IMG/VR virus record: IMGVR_UViG_3300045988_137032
Span: 197,693-261,692 of that record
Origin: a virus
Direction: 5' to 3' (one strand)
DNA: 64,000 nucleotides
The notes beneath the pieces were generated by a model. The model was not told where the DNA came from. It made no database searches and saw only the letters and a program-made list of their open reading frames with translations. Below are positions 27,445-36,251 of this stretch, in pieces (position 1 is the stretch's first letter; every line of letters begins with the position of its first letter). The position numbers were made by a program, and so were the translations under genes.

Positions 27445-28581
27445 TTATACTCCGAACTTACTGAAGATATCCTGAAGATCAAGCTTGGAACCTGCTTCAT
27501 TCTTCTTCCGAGTATGTGCAACCTTCTGATTCAGACTGGTGAGATCAATATCATTCAGAGCAGACTCATCAGCCTTGCTCTTACTCTGTGCTTCATTGAT
27601 CTCATCAATCCGCTCGTTGATCTTACGGAGACGATCATTGGCCTGAGACATACCGGAACATACAAGGAATACATTGCTCGGAAGATGACGATCTTCCAGA
27701 ACTGCAATGTGCTCAAACTCCTCAACAGGAGTACCGATCACCTGCAGAACCTTCGGAATGTGAGTATCAAACCCATCATTCAGTTCTGCATTCAGAACGC
27801 TGATCACACCAGTTCTTGCAACGATACCATCACGCTCCAGATCTGCAATTGCAGAAGTCTTCAGAGACTCAACGATGGCAGTCTCGATATCAACGGAATT
27901 GACATCACGACGCTTGTCGATATTCTCAACACCAGCAACAACCAGACGACCCGGAGTATTGATGATATTGAGCATATCGCGCTCATCGATACTGCTGTAC
28001 TTCGTAGCAACCTGATAAGTGCCACGGAGAACATCAATATCCTTCACGATCTGCTCGTTGACTGTCTGCATCATTGCAACGGCAGTCTTCGGAACACGAT
28101 CATTGTCGTACAGCATATAGGTGTTATCACCCATAGAACCATACAGCTCTTTCAGATACTCAACCGAATTCAGCTGAGTACTCAGTGCCTCCTTCAGAGT
28201 CGGAAGAACACCGATCGTGACGACCGTACACTTCGTGAAGACCTCACGAATGATATTGGTCATCAGAATACTGGTACCAGAACCAGTGCCACCACCAGTG
28301 GAACTGACAACGAAGACAACATCAACACCGAATACATCCTGATACGTCGTATCATTCAGAATATTCATGATGCTGGTCTTCAGCATTTCCTTTGCGGCTG
28401 CACGTTCCTTACCGGCACCCTTCGCGTCACCGATCATAAAGTTCGGCACATCCTTCGGTAATGTCTGCAGATCACGCTCGGAAGAATTGATTGCCAGCAC
28501 AGGCACATTCAACTTCTTCATTGCAAGAGCGGCAACCTGACTACCACAGTTACCGATACCAATGACTGATACGTCTAACAT
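27445..28581 (-). CDS. tubulin/FtsZ-superfamily GTPase (PhuZ/TubZ-like)
   Basis: 'VIGIGNCGSQ' and tubulin signature 'SSTGGGTGSGTS'. Start moved to the ATG at 28581 (GGAGGT SD 8 nt upstream; the track ATG at 28596 is part of that SD). Confidence 0.8.
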   Translation of the reverse strand: MLDVSVIGIGNCGSQVAALAMKKLNVPVLAINSSERDLQTLPKDVPNFMIGDAKGAGKERAAAKEMLKTSIMNILNDTTYQDVFGVDVVFVVSSTGGGTGSGTSILMTNIIREVFTKCTVVTIGVLPTLKEALSTQLNSVEYLKELYGSMGDNTYMLYDNDRVPKTAVAMMQTVNEQIVKDIDVLRGTYQVATKYSSIDERDMLNIINTPGRLVVAGVENIDKRRDVNSVDIETAIVESLKTSAIADLERDGIVARTGVISVLNAELNDGFDTHIPKVLQVIGTPVEEFEHIAVLEDRHLPSNVFLVCSGMSQANDRLRKINERIDEINEAQSKSKADESALNDIDLTSLNQKVAHTRKKNEAGSKLDLQDIFSKFGV

Positions 28582-28642
28582 TTGACTTACCTCCATATAA
28601 ATTTTTCGTATAATAAGTAATGGTTATTACTTTCATACCTTA

Positions 28643-28653
28643 ATATAATATAT
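28643..28653 (-). promoter_or_regulatory. promoter-like core ATATATTATAT (tubulin operon)
   Basis: Exact core 61 nt upstream of the tubulin ATG at 28581, just after terminator 28664-28715. Confidence 0.55.
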
Positions 28654-28663
28654 AACTAAAAAT

Positions 28664-28715
28664 GCCGCATGAATAGATGGTACCAATAGAGATATTGGGC
28701 ATTTATTCATGCGGC
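28664..28715 (-). terminator. hairpin/terminator upstream of the tubulin promoter core
   Basis: 12-bp stem gccgcatgaata/tattcatgcggc with a 28-nt loop, then ATTTTT on the minus strand. Confidence 0.55.
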
Positions 28716-28756
28716 CAGTTTATTTAGCTTACAGACATCAAATATGTGTTTGTTGA

Positions 28757-29629
28757 TTAGGAACCATACACACGGTAAATGATGTGCATGTCCTTCGTAA
28801 GGCTCATAGGCTCAGTGGGGATATTCAGCTTCGAGAACAGATGGATGTCAGTGTAATCCTTCTTAGCAGCATCATATACGGCAGAGTACAGAGCAATGGA
28901 GTTCACACAGCTCTGATCAACGTGACCCTTGGAAGTGAACCACTCCTTGATATCCTTACGAGAAATGGTCAGGTTCATCTCAGTCAGAGACTGGACCTGC
29001 TTATCCATAGCCTTATTCAGCTCATCACTGGTAACCTCAGCGCCGTCCTCACCCTCGATATTGGATGCCTTGAAGTTGTGAATCACAGCATTCTGATCGA
29101 AAGTCTTCAGGTAATAAGCAGTAGTATCGTTAACCTGCTTCTTACCGAAGTAACGGGTCTGGTCATCGGAAGACAGAGCCTGGTTAGTATACCGGAAGGG
29201 AATCATACCAGAGACTGCGGTCTCCATATAGGTGACCTCATTTGCAGTCAGGTTGTTGGTAGCAGCACCCTCGATACCGATACCGAACAGGCAAACCTTA
29301 GTGCCGTAGGGATGAGGATTGCCATCACTACCAGTCATGGTAGAATCGGTAGCACCAATACCGTCGTTTGCAGACAGAGAGGGAACAACCAGAGGACCAG
29401 CAACGCCAAAGATCTGCTCCATAGCAAACTGGACACCACCAATGGGAACCATATTCTCAGTCTCAAAGACGACCTCATCAAGCTCAGACAGACCCGTCTC
29501 AGCATTCTTGTGGAGGCCATAGCCGCCGATAATCTGAGTATGAGTCCACAGGGTAGGCTTATGGTGGCTACGCAGCGGTGCACCGGCCTTATCCTTCATA
29601 GAAAAGCTATCCTTAAGAAGCTTAGTCAT
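28757..29629 (-). CDS. hypothetical abundant-class protein (possibly structural)
   Basis: Start at the ATG at 29629 (AAAGGATGA SD). 290 aa. Strong G/C-ending codon bias. No family recognised. Confidence 0.65.
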   Translation of the reverse strand: MTKLLKDSFSMKDKAGAPLRSHHKPTLWTHTQIIGGYGLHKNAETGLSELDEVVFETENMVPIGGVQFAMEQIFGVAGPLVVPSLSANDGIGATDSTMTGSDGNPHPYGTKVCLFGIGIEGAATNNLTANEVTYMETAVSGMIPFRYTNQALSSDDQTRYFGKKQVNDTTAYYLKTFDQNAVIHNFKASNIEGEDGAEVTSDELNKAMDKQVQSLTEMNLTISRKDIKEWFTSKGHVDQSCVNSIALYSAVYDAAKKDYTDIHLFSKLNIPTEPMSLTKDMHIIYRVYGS

Positions 29630-29718
29630 GATATATATCATCCTTTCTTACTATAGTAAAATTGAGTAATGCATTCTCAAACAAGGTTACGATAATGTTT
29701 TTAAGTGCTTATCTATCC

Positions 29719-32700
29719 TTACGGATTATCAATCAATGTATAGACACATTTATCGGTAAATCCAAAGGAAGTATCTACTGTATCGTTCGTGGAAGTTCCT
29801 GTGATGTCATAATAAGTATTATGCTCAATCATGGAAGATGCTTTTACCATAGAACGAATCTTAGTATCAAAAGATAATTCACTACCATCCGTAATCGTAG
29901 CAGATTGACTAATCAGCTTATCATGAATATTGATAGAAGAACGAAGTTTCTCAATATCATCACGAATTGCTACCTTATCCTTGAGAAGCATAGAAGAATC
30001 TCTCAGAACCATCTGATTTGTGATAGAAAGAACCATATCAGCAAAAGTGAGCATGGAACGGAGCTTCGTGACATATTTTGTATCCAGAGAATCTTTCATC
30101 TTAATAGAACCACCAGATACATGGCTAGTATCAGTAAGACGGTGGATTACATCTCTGAATTTCTTCATATGGTCAATGATTCTAGGAAGAAGCAGAGATA
30201 CAGATGCTGTATCCTTCAACTTCACATCACCTTCCATAAAATAATACGGAGTCCATTTCATAGCATCCGTAAGCTCAATCTGATAGTCAGAGCCAACTAT
30301 TTCCTTCATGTAAGAACCAATCACGTCATATACACCAAAATCAAATTCTCTCATAACTTCATTAATCCGCACAGAGAGAACCTCATCATGGAAATGACGA
30401 CTATGATCTTCCAGAATAGTACGGAGTTCAGCCTGCATATCATCAGTGAACTTACAGTTCTCATTCATATAAACTTCTTTGATATATCTGCTAATAAAAT
30501 CATAGAAGCCGAAATCATTCTCTTCAAGAATCTCTTCAACTGCAAGCGAAAGAACCTCGTCATGCATAAGAAGTCGCTCTTTGAAGTAATAGAAGATTTC
30601 ATAATACTGATTATCGGTAAGTCTAAAGAAAGACTTAAGCCAGATATAATCCGCAATCAGATAAGGTTGATTCTTATCGTTGATCTTCAGATCATCATGC
30701 TTCCAGATGAAGTCTCTAATCTCATGAATTTCATCCATCCATGTAAGACTACTAAAGAGCTGGAGAAGTACATTGATATTCATGCCTTCGTAGAACTTCA
30801 TCTTTGTAGACATCATCTCATGGATGATATGGTCTTCCATATCAACGTAAGCAAGGGCATACTTGTCATCAAGCCTATAGTCTACATAATATGAATATGC
30901 ATCAAGAAGTCTCAGCATACTCTCAGGTTTCATATCGAGAATATAGACAACTTCCATATTCAGCAAGTCCGTAGTATAAGACTTGAAGAATCGAATGAAC
31001 TTAAGAAGGACATCTTCCATGATAGAAGAATATCCCAGAGACTGACCAAGCATCTGAACATCAGGGACGATCTTCAGAAGCCTATTGATGATATGATTTG
31101 CATACTGAGGAATCATGTTGATATCACAGGATTCCACAAAAGACCACAGAGCCGGATTACGATACATCAAGTATTCCATAAAAGTACTTGCGTATCGTGC
31201 CTTAATCTCCAAGCGGCATCCTTTTACCATAGCAGCAAGTTCTTCTTCGAAGATGACCTTATCCGCATAAGTAGTATTACCATCATCTTCAGAAATAATA
31301 TCAGTTTCATCATAGACAGGCTTCATACTGATATAGTATTTATGACCACCACGATTATTGACAGGCTTTACAGGAATAAATTCAACTTTTTCATTCTTAA
31401 CGAAATTACCAAAAGTACGAATGAAATTGCCTTCTTCATCGAACTCATAGACCTGAGCACCTGTATTTGCAGCAGGATGGAAAACACAAAGACTTGCATC
31501 CTTAATCAGGTTACTGATATAATTACAGGTGGTAGCCATAGTTTTATCAGTAACCAGACAATCATCAATATTCTTATCAGTATCGACATGAGCAAGAACC
31601 CAACCCTGCTTTGTACGAGTATCCGCGGTGATGATATCCCAATCGGTAAACATCTTGTCATCACCGATAGTGAATACATCCTGATACTCTTCGCAGTAGT
31701 AGAGAGCATAGTAAAGATCCCGATATGCTCGATACTCTTCAATATTGGTCGTGGTACTCATCTTATCCAGAAGGAAATCATAGAGACTTACCAGATCGCC
31801 ATAAAGAGTATTGAGTTGCTCTGCCGTATAAGGACCTGCATCGGTTACTCTCTTAAAATAATTTACAAGGTTCGGATCAAGATAATGAGCATAAGGATGA
31901 GGATTATTTTCAGTATCCGTCATATGCTCTTTGAGAATTTCAAAACCCTTCTTGAAATCAAAGCCCATGACATGAAGAATCTTCGAAGGAGAAGAAAGAA
32001 TATTACCACGAAGATGATTCATCTTACAGGTAAGAGCACAAAGAAGCATAACGGAATCAAACAGAGATACCGACTGATAGGTAAGAATCTTTGGAATCTC
32101 AAGATAAATACGATATTCCTTGAATCTATTATCAAGAAGCATCTTCAGTGCATATACGTTATCGAAGAAGAGTCGGGTCATTCGATACGAAATCGAAATA
32201 CCCATGTACTTCGTCTCTGCGTAGTTATATTCAATCTCATAAAGATCCTTCATCAGATTTGCATCATTAGTCCAATAAGGATCAGATTCGGTAAGAGAAT
32301 AGTAGCCATAGTCAACACTACCTGTCTGAAGAGAATGGTAATAGTCGTTACTATTGATATCCAGCTTCTTGAAGTTGACCTTATACATCTTTTCGTAATC
32401 AGGTTCTTCTTCGCCAGTAATCTCATTCTTCTTCGTAGCTACAATAGGAAGTCCCGCTTCATCAAAGAGTCTATCTTTGAATAGGCAGTATTTGAAAATC
32501 TTGATGCGATCAAATCCTAAAATAGATGCGATATCCACAAGAACTTTATTACTACCTTTATCACGAACGAGCAGATTCAGATTCTGTACGATCTGAAGCT
32601 TCGTATCATTATCAAGAGCGCTATCATACGGAATGGAATAGCATCCGAATAAGACCTTAATGCAATACTCATCGAAGAAATCACGCTCAATGGTAAACTT

Positions 32701-33591
32701 CAGAATTCGTGCAATGAACTGAAGCAGAGTCATAAGCATGATACACATTGCGATGAAGTTATCGTAATAAGAAATCGTCTGACGATGTTCGCCAACGTAA
32801 ATACAGCTCATGAAATATTCACGACACTGAGAATAGATCAAAGAAAAGCTATTCCACATAGTAGCAGACGACACATTAGGGACTCTAATGATGTCAAATG
32901 CTTTTGCAGATCGTGCTGTGACATTATCAACTGCTTTGCTACCAAGATAGAGAAGATACTTTCTATCAGGATATTTAGCAACGAGCTTATCTACATAGCC
33001 AATCGTATACAGAACTGATATCTGACCGATATCTAGTTCATGAATAGGCTTTGATGTATCCAGACTATACTCTTCAGCAATCTCACTTGGCACGTAGAGA
33101 TAATCATCTTCACTCGTCTCATAGTCAGGTAAACCCATGAGCATACGATAATAGTTATTCTTCTCTACGTATTCAGAGATGATCTTTTCACGTCTTGCTT
33201 TAAGAAGAGCTGTACGAAGATCAAATGTCCAAAGAGTTTCTGTGTAAGTTGTTTCGGTGAAGCTATTTGTAATCGTTCTGATTTTTTCATATAGGGGAGG
33301 AATAGAAAATCTACTGGCTGCCATAGTGGCAATTTCTTCTTCAGATACATCGTAAACACCATCACCAATGGTGTGGTTAGCTTTTTCAAAAGCATCCTTA
33401 ATCTCATCGGTTGTGTAGTAATAGTTACCGAATGTATCTTTATTCTGTGCTGCTCTGACATATTCATCAGCAGCTTTTGTCATTTCAAGCGTGTCTAATG
33501 CATCAGCTTTTGCTTTGTATTTGATAACTGAATCTTGTACGATGGTGATAAAATCATCATACAACTGCGTTAGCATATTTACATCAGCCAT
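29719..33591 (-). CDS. very large hypothetical protein (~1290 aa) with internal tandem duplication
   Basis: Start at the ATG at 33591 (GGAGGTG SD; the track ATG at 33609 lies inside the SD). Two ~43-aa repeat units 58 aa apart near the C-terminus. No enzymatic motif recognised. Confidence 0.75.
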   Translation of the reverse strand: MADVNMLTQLYDDFITIVQDSVIKYKAKADALDTLEMTKAADEYVRAAQNKDTFGNYYYTTDEIKDAFEKANHTIGDGVYDVSEEEIATMAASRFSIPPLYEKIRTITNSFTETTYTETLWTFDLRTALLKARREKIISEYVEKNNYYRMLMGLPDYETSEDDYLYVPSEIAEEYSLDTSKPIHELDIGQISVLYTIGYVDKLVAKYPDRKYLLYLGSKAVDNVTARSAKAFDIIRVPNVSSATMWNSFSLIYSQCREYFMSCIYVGEHRQTISYYDNFIAMCIMLMTLLQFIARILKFTIERDFFDEYCIKVLFGCYSIPYDSALDNDTKLQIVQNLNLLVRDKGSNKVLVDIASILGFDRIKIFKYCLFKDRLFDEAGLPIVATKKNEITGEEEPDYEKMYKVNFKKLDINSNDYYHSLQTGSVDYGYYSLTESDPYWTNDANLMKDLYEIEYNYAETKYMGISISYRMTRLFFDNVYALKMLLDNRFKEYRIYLEIPKILTYQSVSLFDSVMLLCALTCKMNHLRGNILSSPSKILHVMGFDFKKGFEILKEHMTDTENNPHPYAHYLDPNLVNYFKRVTDAGPYTAEQLNTLYGDLVSLYDFLLDKMSTTTNIEEYRAYRDLYYALYYCEEYQDVFTIGDDKMFTDWDIITADTRTKQGWVLAHVDTDKNIDDCLVTDKTMATTCNYISNLIKDASLCVFHPAANTGAQVYEFDEEGNFIRTFGNFVKNEKVEFIPVKPVNNRGGHKYYISMKPVYDETDIISEDDGNTTYADKVIFEEELAAMVKGCRLEIKARYASTFMEYLMYRNPALWSFVESCDINMIPQYANHIINRLLKIVPDVQMLGQSLGYSSIMEDVLLKFIRFFKSYTTDLLNMEVVYILDMKPESMLRLLDAYSYYVDYRLDDKYALAYVDMEDHIIHEMMSTKMKFYEGMNINVLLQLFSSLTWMDEIHEIRDFIWKHDDLKINDKNQPYLIADYIWLKSFFRLTDNQYYEIFYYFKERLLMHDEVLSLAVEEILEENDFGFYDFISRYIKEVYMNENCKFTDDMQAELRTILEDHSRHFHDEVLSVRINEVMREFDFGVYDVIGSYMKEIVGSDYQIELTDAMKWTPYYFMEGDVKLKDTASVSLLLPRIIDHMKKFRDVIHRLTDTSHVSGGSIKMKDSLDTKYVTKLRSMLTFADMVLSITNQMVLRDSSMLLKDKVAIRDDIEKLRSSINIHDKLISQSATITDGSELSFDTKIRSMVKASSMIEHNTYYDITGTSTNDTVDTSFGFTDKCVYTLIDNP

Positions 33592-33717
33592 TCTTTTAGT
33601 CACCTCCATAATAGATTTTAGAACTTATACCAATGTCAAACCAATACTTTCTAGGCGATAATAAGAATATGCCCAGAAAACATCCTATTAACCCTAGAAA
33701 AGAGAGGAGTAATTATT

Positions 33718-34392
33718 ATGCCTAGAAATCTTCCCGGTATTGAATACAACCAGGAAAAGAATGAATCAGGAAAACTGATTCCCTTCATTGACGCTGGAGA
33801 TAGCATGTATCAGATCCCTCTGTACAAAGGGGTTGAGTATTTCTCGAATATTGACTCATACACAAACTTTATCAAAGGTTGCGAACGTATGGTGAGAACG
33901 AGTGATCGTTACTCTAAATATATCTATTATCTCAAGAATGTAATCGGACTGGATCATTGTCAGGTATTACCTGAAGTGGAACCTGACGTTGAAGGTAAGA
34001 TTGAAATTGAGATGCACCATGGACCTATTTTCACATTATTTGATTATTGTGAAATTATGACCGAATGGTTTATTCTGAATGGTAAGAAAATCAGTACCTT
34101 CCGAATTGCTGACGAAGTGTTAAATGAGCATCAGTTAAACCACGTACAGGTCGTAATGCTTTTAGCTACCGTTCATGAAGAAGTTCATAACCGCAATATC
34201 TTCATCAACTACAATCAGGCTTGGGGAGATCTCAATGCTTTTATTGATCGATATGGTGTGGCTATGAGTGATAGACTGAAAGAAAAACTCAATAAGTACA
34301 TCGATAAATCTATGATGTACGATAGCAATGACTTCAATATTCTCCAGCTCAATAATACGTTAATCCGTATATCAGCTCAGAAAGGAGACTAA
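33718..34392 (+). CDS. HNH-like (His-Me finger) protein, paralog of 43842..44507
   Basis: 'LDHC...KIEIEMHHGP...NEHQLNHV...VHEEVHN', an H-N-H-like spacing. Collinear similarity to 43842..44507. Confidence 0.5.
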   Translation: MPRNLPGIEYNQEKNESGKLIPFIDAGDSMYQIPLYKGVEYFSNIDSYTNFIKGCERMVRTSDRYSKYIYYLKNVIGLDHCQVLPEVEPDVEGKIEIEMHHGPIFTLFDYCEIMTEWFILNGKKISTFRIADEVLNEHQLNHVQVVMLLATVHEEVHNRNIFINYNQAWGDLNAFIDRYGVAMSDRLKEKLNKYIDKSMMYDSNDFNILQLNNTLIRISAQKGD

Positions 34393-34394
34393 AA

Positions 34395-34892
34395 ATGAAT
34401 TTACCAATTCAGTATGCGCTTCTTATTGCATTTGGTATTGTGGTATTCTCTGTAGTAGGTGGCTACCTGTCAGGATACCTATATACCACTAATAAGTATG
34501 CTTCTCAGATTAAAGAGATTACAGATAACAGCAACCAGATCATTAATAATTTCAATGATAATTCACCGACACTTGAGATAGACCAACGAATCAAGTGTAC
34601 AAGGGAACTTCTTACATTGATTGATGACACAGTATCTCTTGAATTAATCAATAATAAACGGTATGAAATTTTCCTCAGTTCCAATATCAATAATAGAGAT
34701 ATTGACAAAGACATTGAGGATATTGCACGTAGTGTATTTGAATCATTAAGACCTGAAGTATTCAGTGATAAAAATCTCGTTATGACGGAAGAGTACCTCA
34801 TGAAGTATATCCAAAAGAGAACCTTCGTTGCAGTGTTTACCTACGTCGACAAAAATGTAACGGTTAAGCTGAATAACATCACTCAGGCTTAA
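34395..34892 (+). CDS. membrane-anchored hypothetical protein
   Basis: N-terminal TM 'IQYALLIAFGIVVFSVVGGYLSGYLY'. AAAGGAGA SD. Confidence 0.65.
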   Translation: MNLPIQYALLIAFGIVVFSVVGGYLSGYLYTTNKYASQIKEITDNSNQIINNFNDNSPTLEIDQRIKCTRELLTLIDDTVSLELINNKRYEIFLSSNINNRDIDKDIEDIARSVFESLRPEVFSDKNLVMTEEYLMKYIQKRTFVAVFTYVDKNVTVKLNNITQA

Positions 34893-34910
34893 TCCGTTAC
34901 ATCAAAATGG

Positions 34911-35327
34911 TCAACTACTAAGAATCATTTCATAGAGGTATCGACCAGTTTCTTCCACGTATGTTTTGCGTATATTGCAAGCATACGTGGTTATTTTATC
35001 CGGCATCATTCCATACCGGTACTTTGCCTTATCCAATTCTTCTCTAAATTTGTAAGGCATGAAATCAATCGTATTATAGGTTCGCTTCAGTCGATAGCAT
35101 TCTCTTTCGTGATAGAAAAATTTCGTATGAGCAAAATATTCAGGGATATCGCTTACAAATAAAATCAGATCATCAATAAACTGATACTGAGATACATACA
35201 GTACCAGCCTAAATCCGTCTGACATAATTTCATCATGATGCTTGTAGAAGTAATTGCTAATCCATCCTGGAATTAATCCATCCGGTTGGCATACTCCATA
35301 TTTCTCATCATAAACAACTTCAAGCAC
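34911..35327 (-). CDS. hypothetical protein
   Basis: GTG start with GAGGAGG SD 8 nt upstream. Confidence 0.6.
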   Translation of the reverse strand: MLEVVYDEKYGVCQPDGLIPGWISNYFYKHHDEIMSDGFRLVLYVSQYQFIDDLILFVSDIPEYFAHTKFFYHERECYRLKRTYNTIDFMPYKFREELDKAKYRYGMMPDKITTYACNIRKTYVEETGRYLYEMILSS

Positions 35328-35340
35328 ATCGAACTCCTCC

Positions 35341-36147
35341 TCAATATATTAAAATTTTCATCAACGGAATCAATACGTTAGCGAAATTATAATCGATGTT
35401 AAGATGATTAACTTTATCATGTCCTTCATAAGGAATGAAAGTATCATCATCGTAAGAAGTAACTCCATCATCGGAGATCATCTTACTATTTTGATTAAAT
35501 TCCCGATAGTATCCAGGATCAAGCATTCTATGCTTGTATCCAGTGACAAAATCAGAAAGATACCGATAAAGTGCTTTACGGTTTCCGCCTTCTATATAGG
35601 TGAAAATCTTCATGAGGAATTTTAACGTATAATCTTCATGAAGCGTAAGAACTTCATCAGAGATTCCTTTCACACAGATAACTCTCTTATCTGGACGGAA
35701 GGAAGATTTGTAGTATACCTCAAGCGGAGGTAAATACAAATAAGAAGAATACACATTCTTCTCTCTAAATAAGCAAGGACCAAATTTATTATTCGGACAT
35801 CTACGAAGACAAAAAATAGCATCCTTCTTAATGCAAAGAATATCCTCGTCCTGGATATTATTCGCTTCAAAGAATCGTCTTCTGATGTCAACGAATGCTT
35901 TCTTTAATCCTTCATTAAATTCTTTATTCTTTCTGCAAAGCTTACCAATCTTCACAACTCTCTGAGTTCTCGGTAAAGCTGCTATTGCATCAACTTGTGA
36001 TTGCGGCAAAAGATTGTACTCGGAACATAGAGAAGTATTGGCGCTTTTCAAATCATACTCGATAATCGTTTTACCAGATAAAATAGAAATATTCTTATTG
36101 AGATAATTGTCTTTACGATAAAGACTGCTATATGTAATTTCGTCCAT
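35341..36147 (-). CDS. hypothetical protein
   Basis: 268 aa. 'YDLKSANTSL' and 'ILCIKKDAIF' faintly recall polymerase palm motifs, but the spacing is wrong (see rejected list). Confidence 0.6.
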   Translation of the reverse strand: MDEITYSSLYRKDNYLNKNISILSGKTIIEYDLKSANTSLCSEYNLLPQSQVDAIAALPRTQRVVKIGKLCRKNKEFNEGLKKAFVDIRRRFFEANNIQDEDILCIKKDAIFCLRRCPNNKFGPCLFREKNVYSSYLYLPPLEVYYKSSFRPDKRVICVKGISDEVLTLHEDYTLKFLMKIFTYIEGGNRKALYRYLSDFVTGYKHRMLDPGYYREFNQNSKMISDDGVTSYDDDTFIPYEGHDKVNHLNIDYNFANVLIPLMKILIY

Positions 36148-36210
36148 AATCCATCATTCCTTTTCCTAGATGTTATTTTCCTGTGAAAATCGAAATGAAA
36201 ATAAAAAAGG

Positions 36211-36240
36211 GGTAGCAGCGGGCTTTCGCCCGCCACTACC
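36211..36240 (-). terminator. GC-rich intrinsic terminator
   Basis: gcgggc-tttc-gcccgc core within ggtagcagcgggc/gcccgccactacc, followed by TTTTTTATTTT on the minus strand. Confidence 0.75.
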
Positions 36241-36251
36241 TCTTAATGACA

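Noticed and set aside
28582-28596. N-terminal extensions given by the ORF track (tubulin at 28596, large protein at 33609, and others at 27370, 29641, 54753, 56440, 20462, 19698, 5322, 4472)
   Set aside because: In each case the upstream ATG lies inside or upstream of the actual GGAGG box, or overlaps the preceding gene or a terminator. An internal ATG at proper SD spacing exists in every case.
35341-36147. DNA polymerase palm-like motifs ('YDLKSANTSL', 'ILCIKKDAIF')
   Set aside because: The candidate motifs A and C are only ~75 aa apart, there is no motif B (KxxxNSxYG or RxxAKxxNFG), and the protein is only 268 aa. This is too weak to call.
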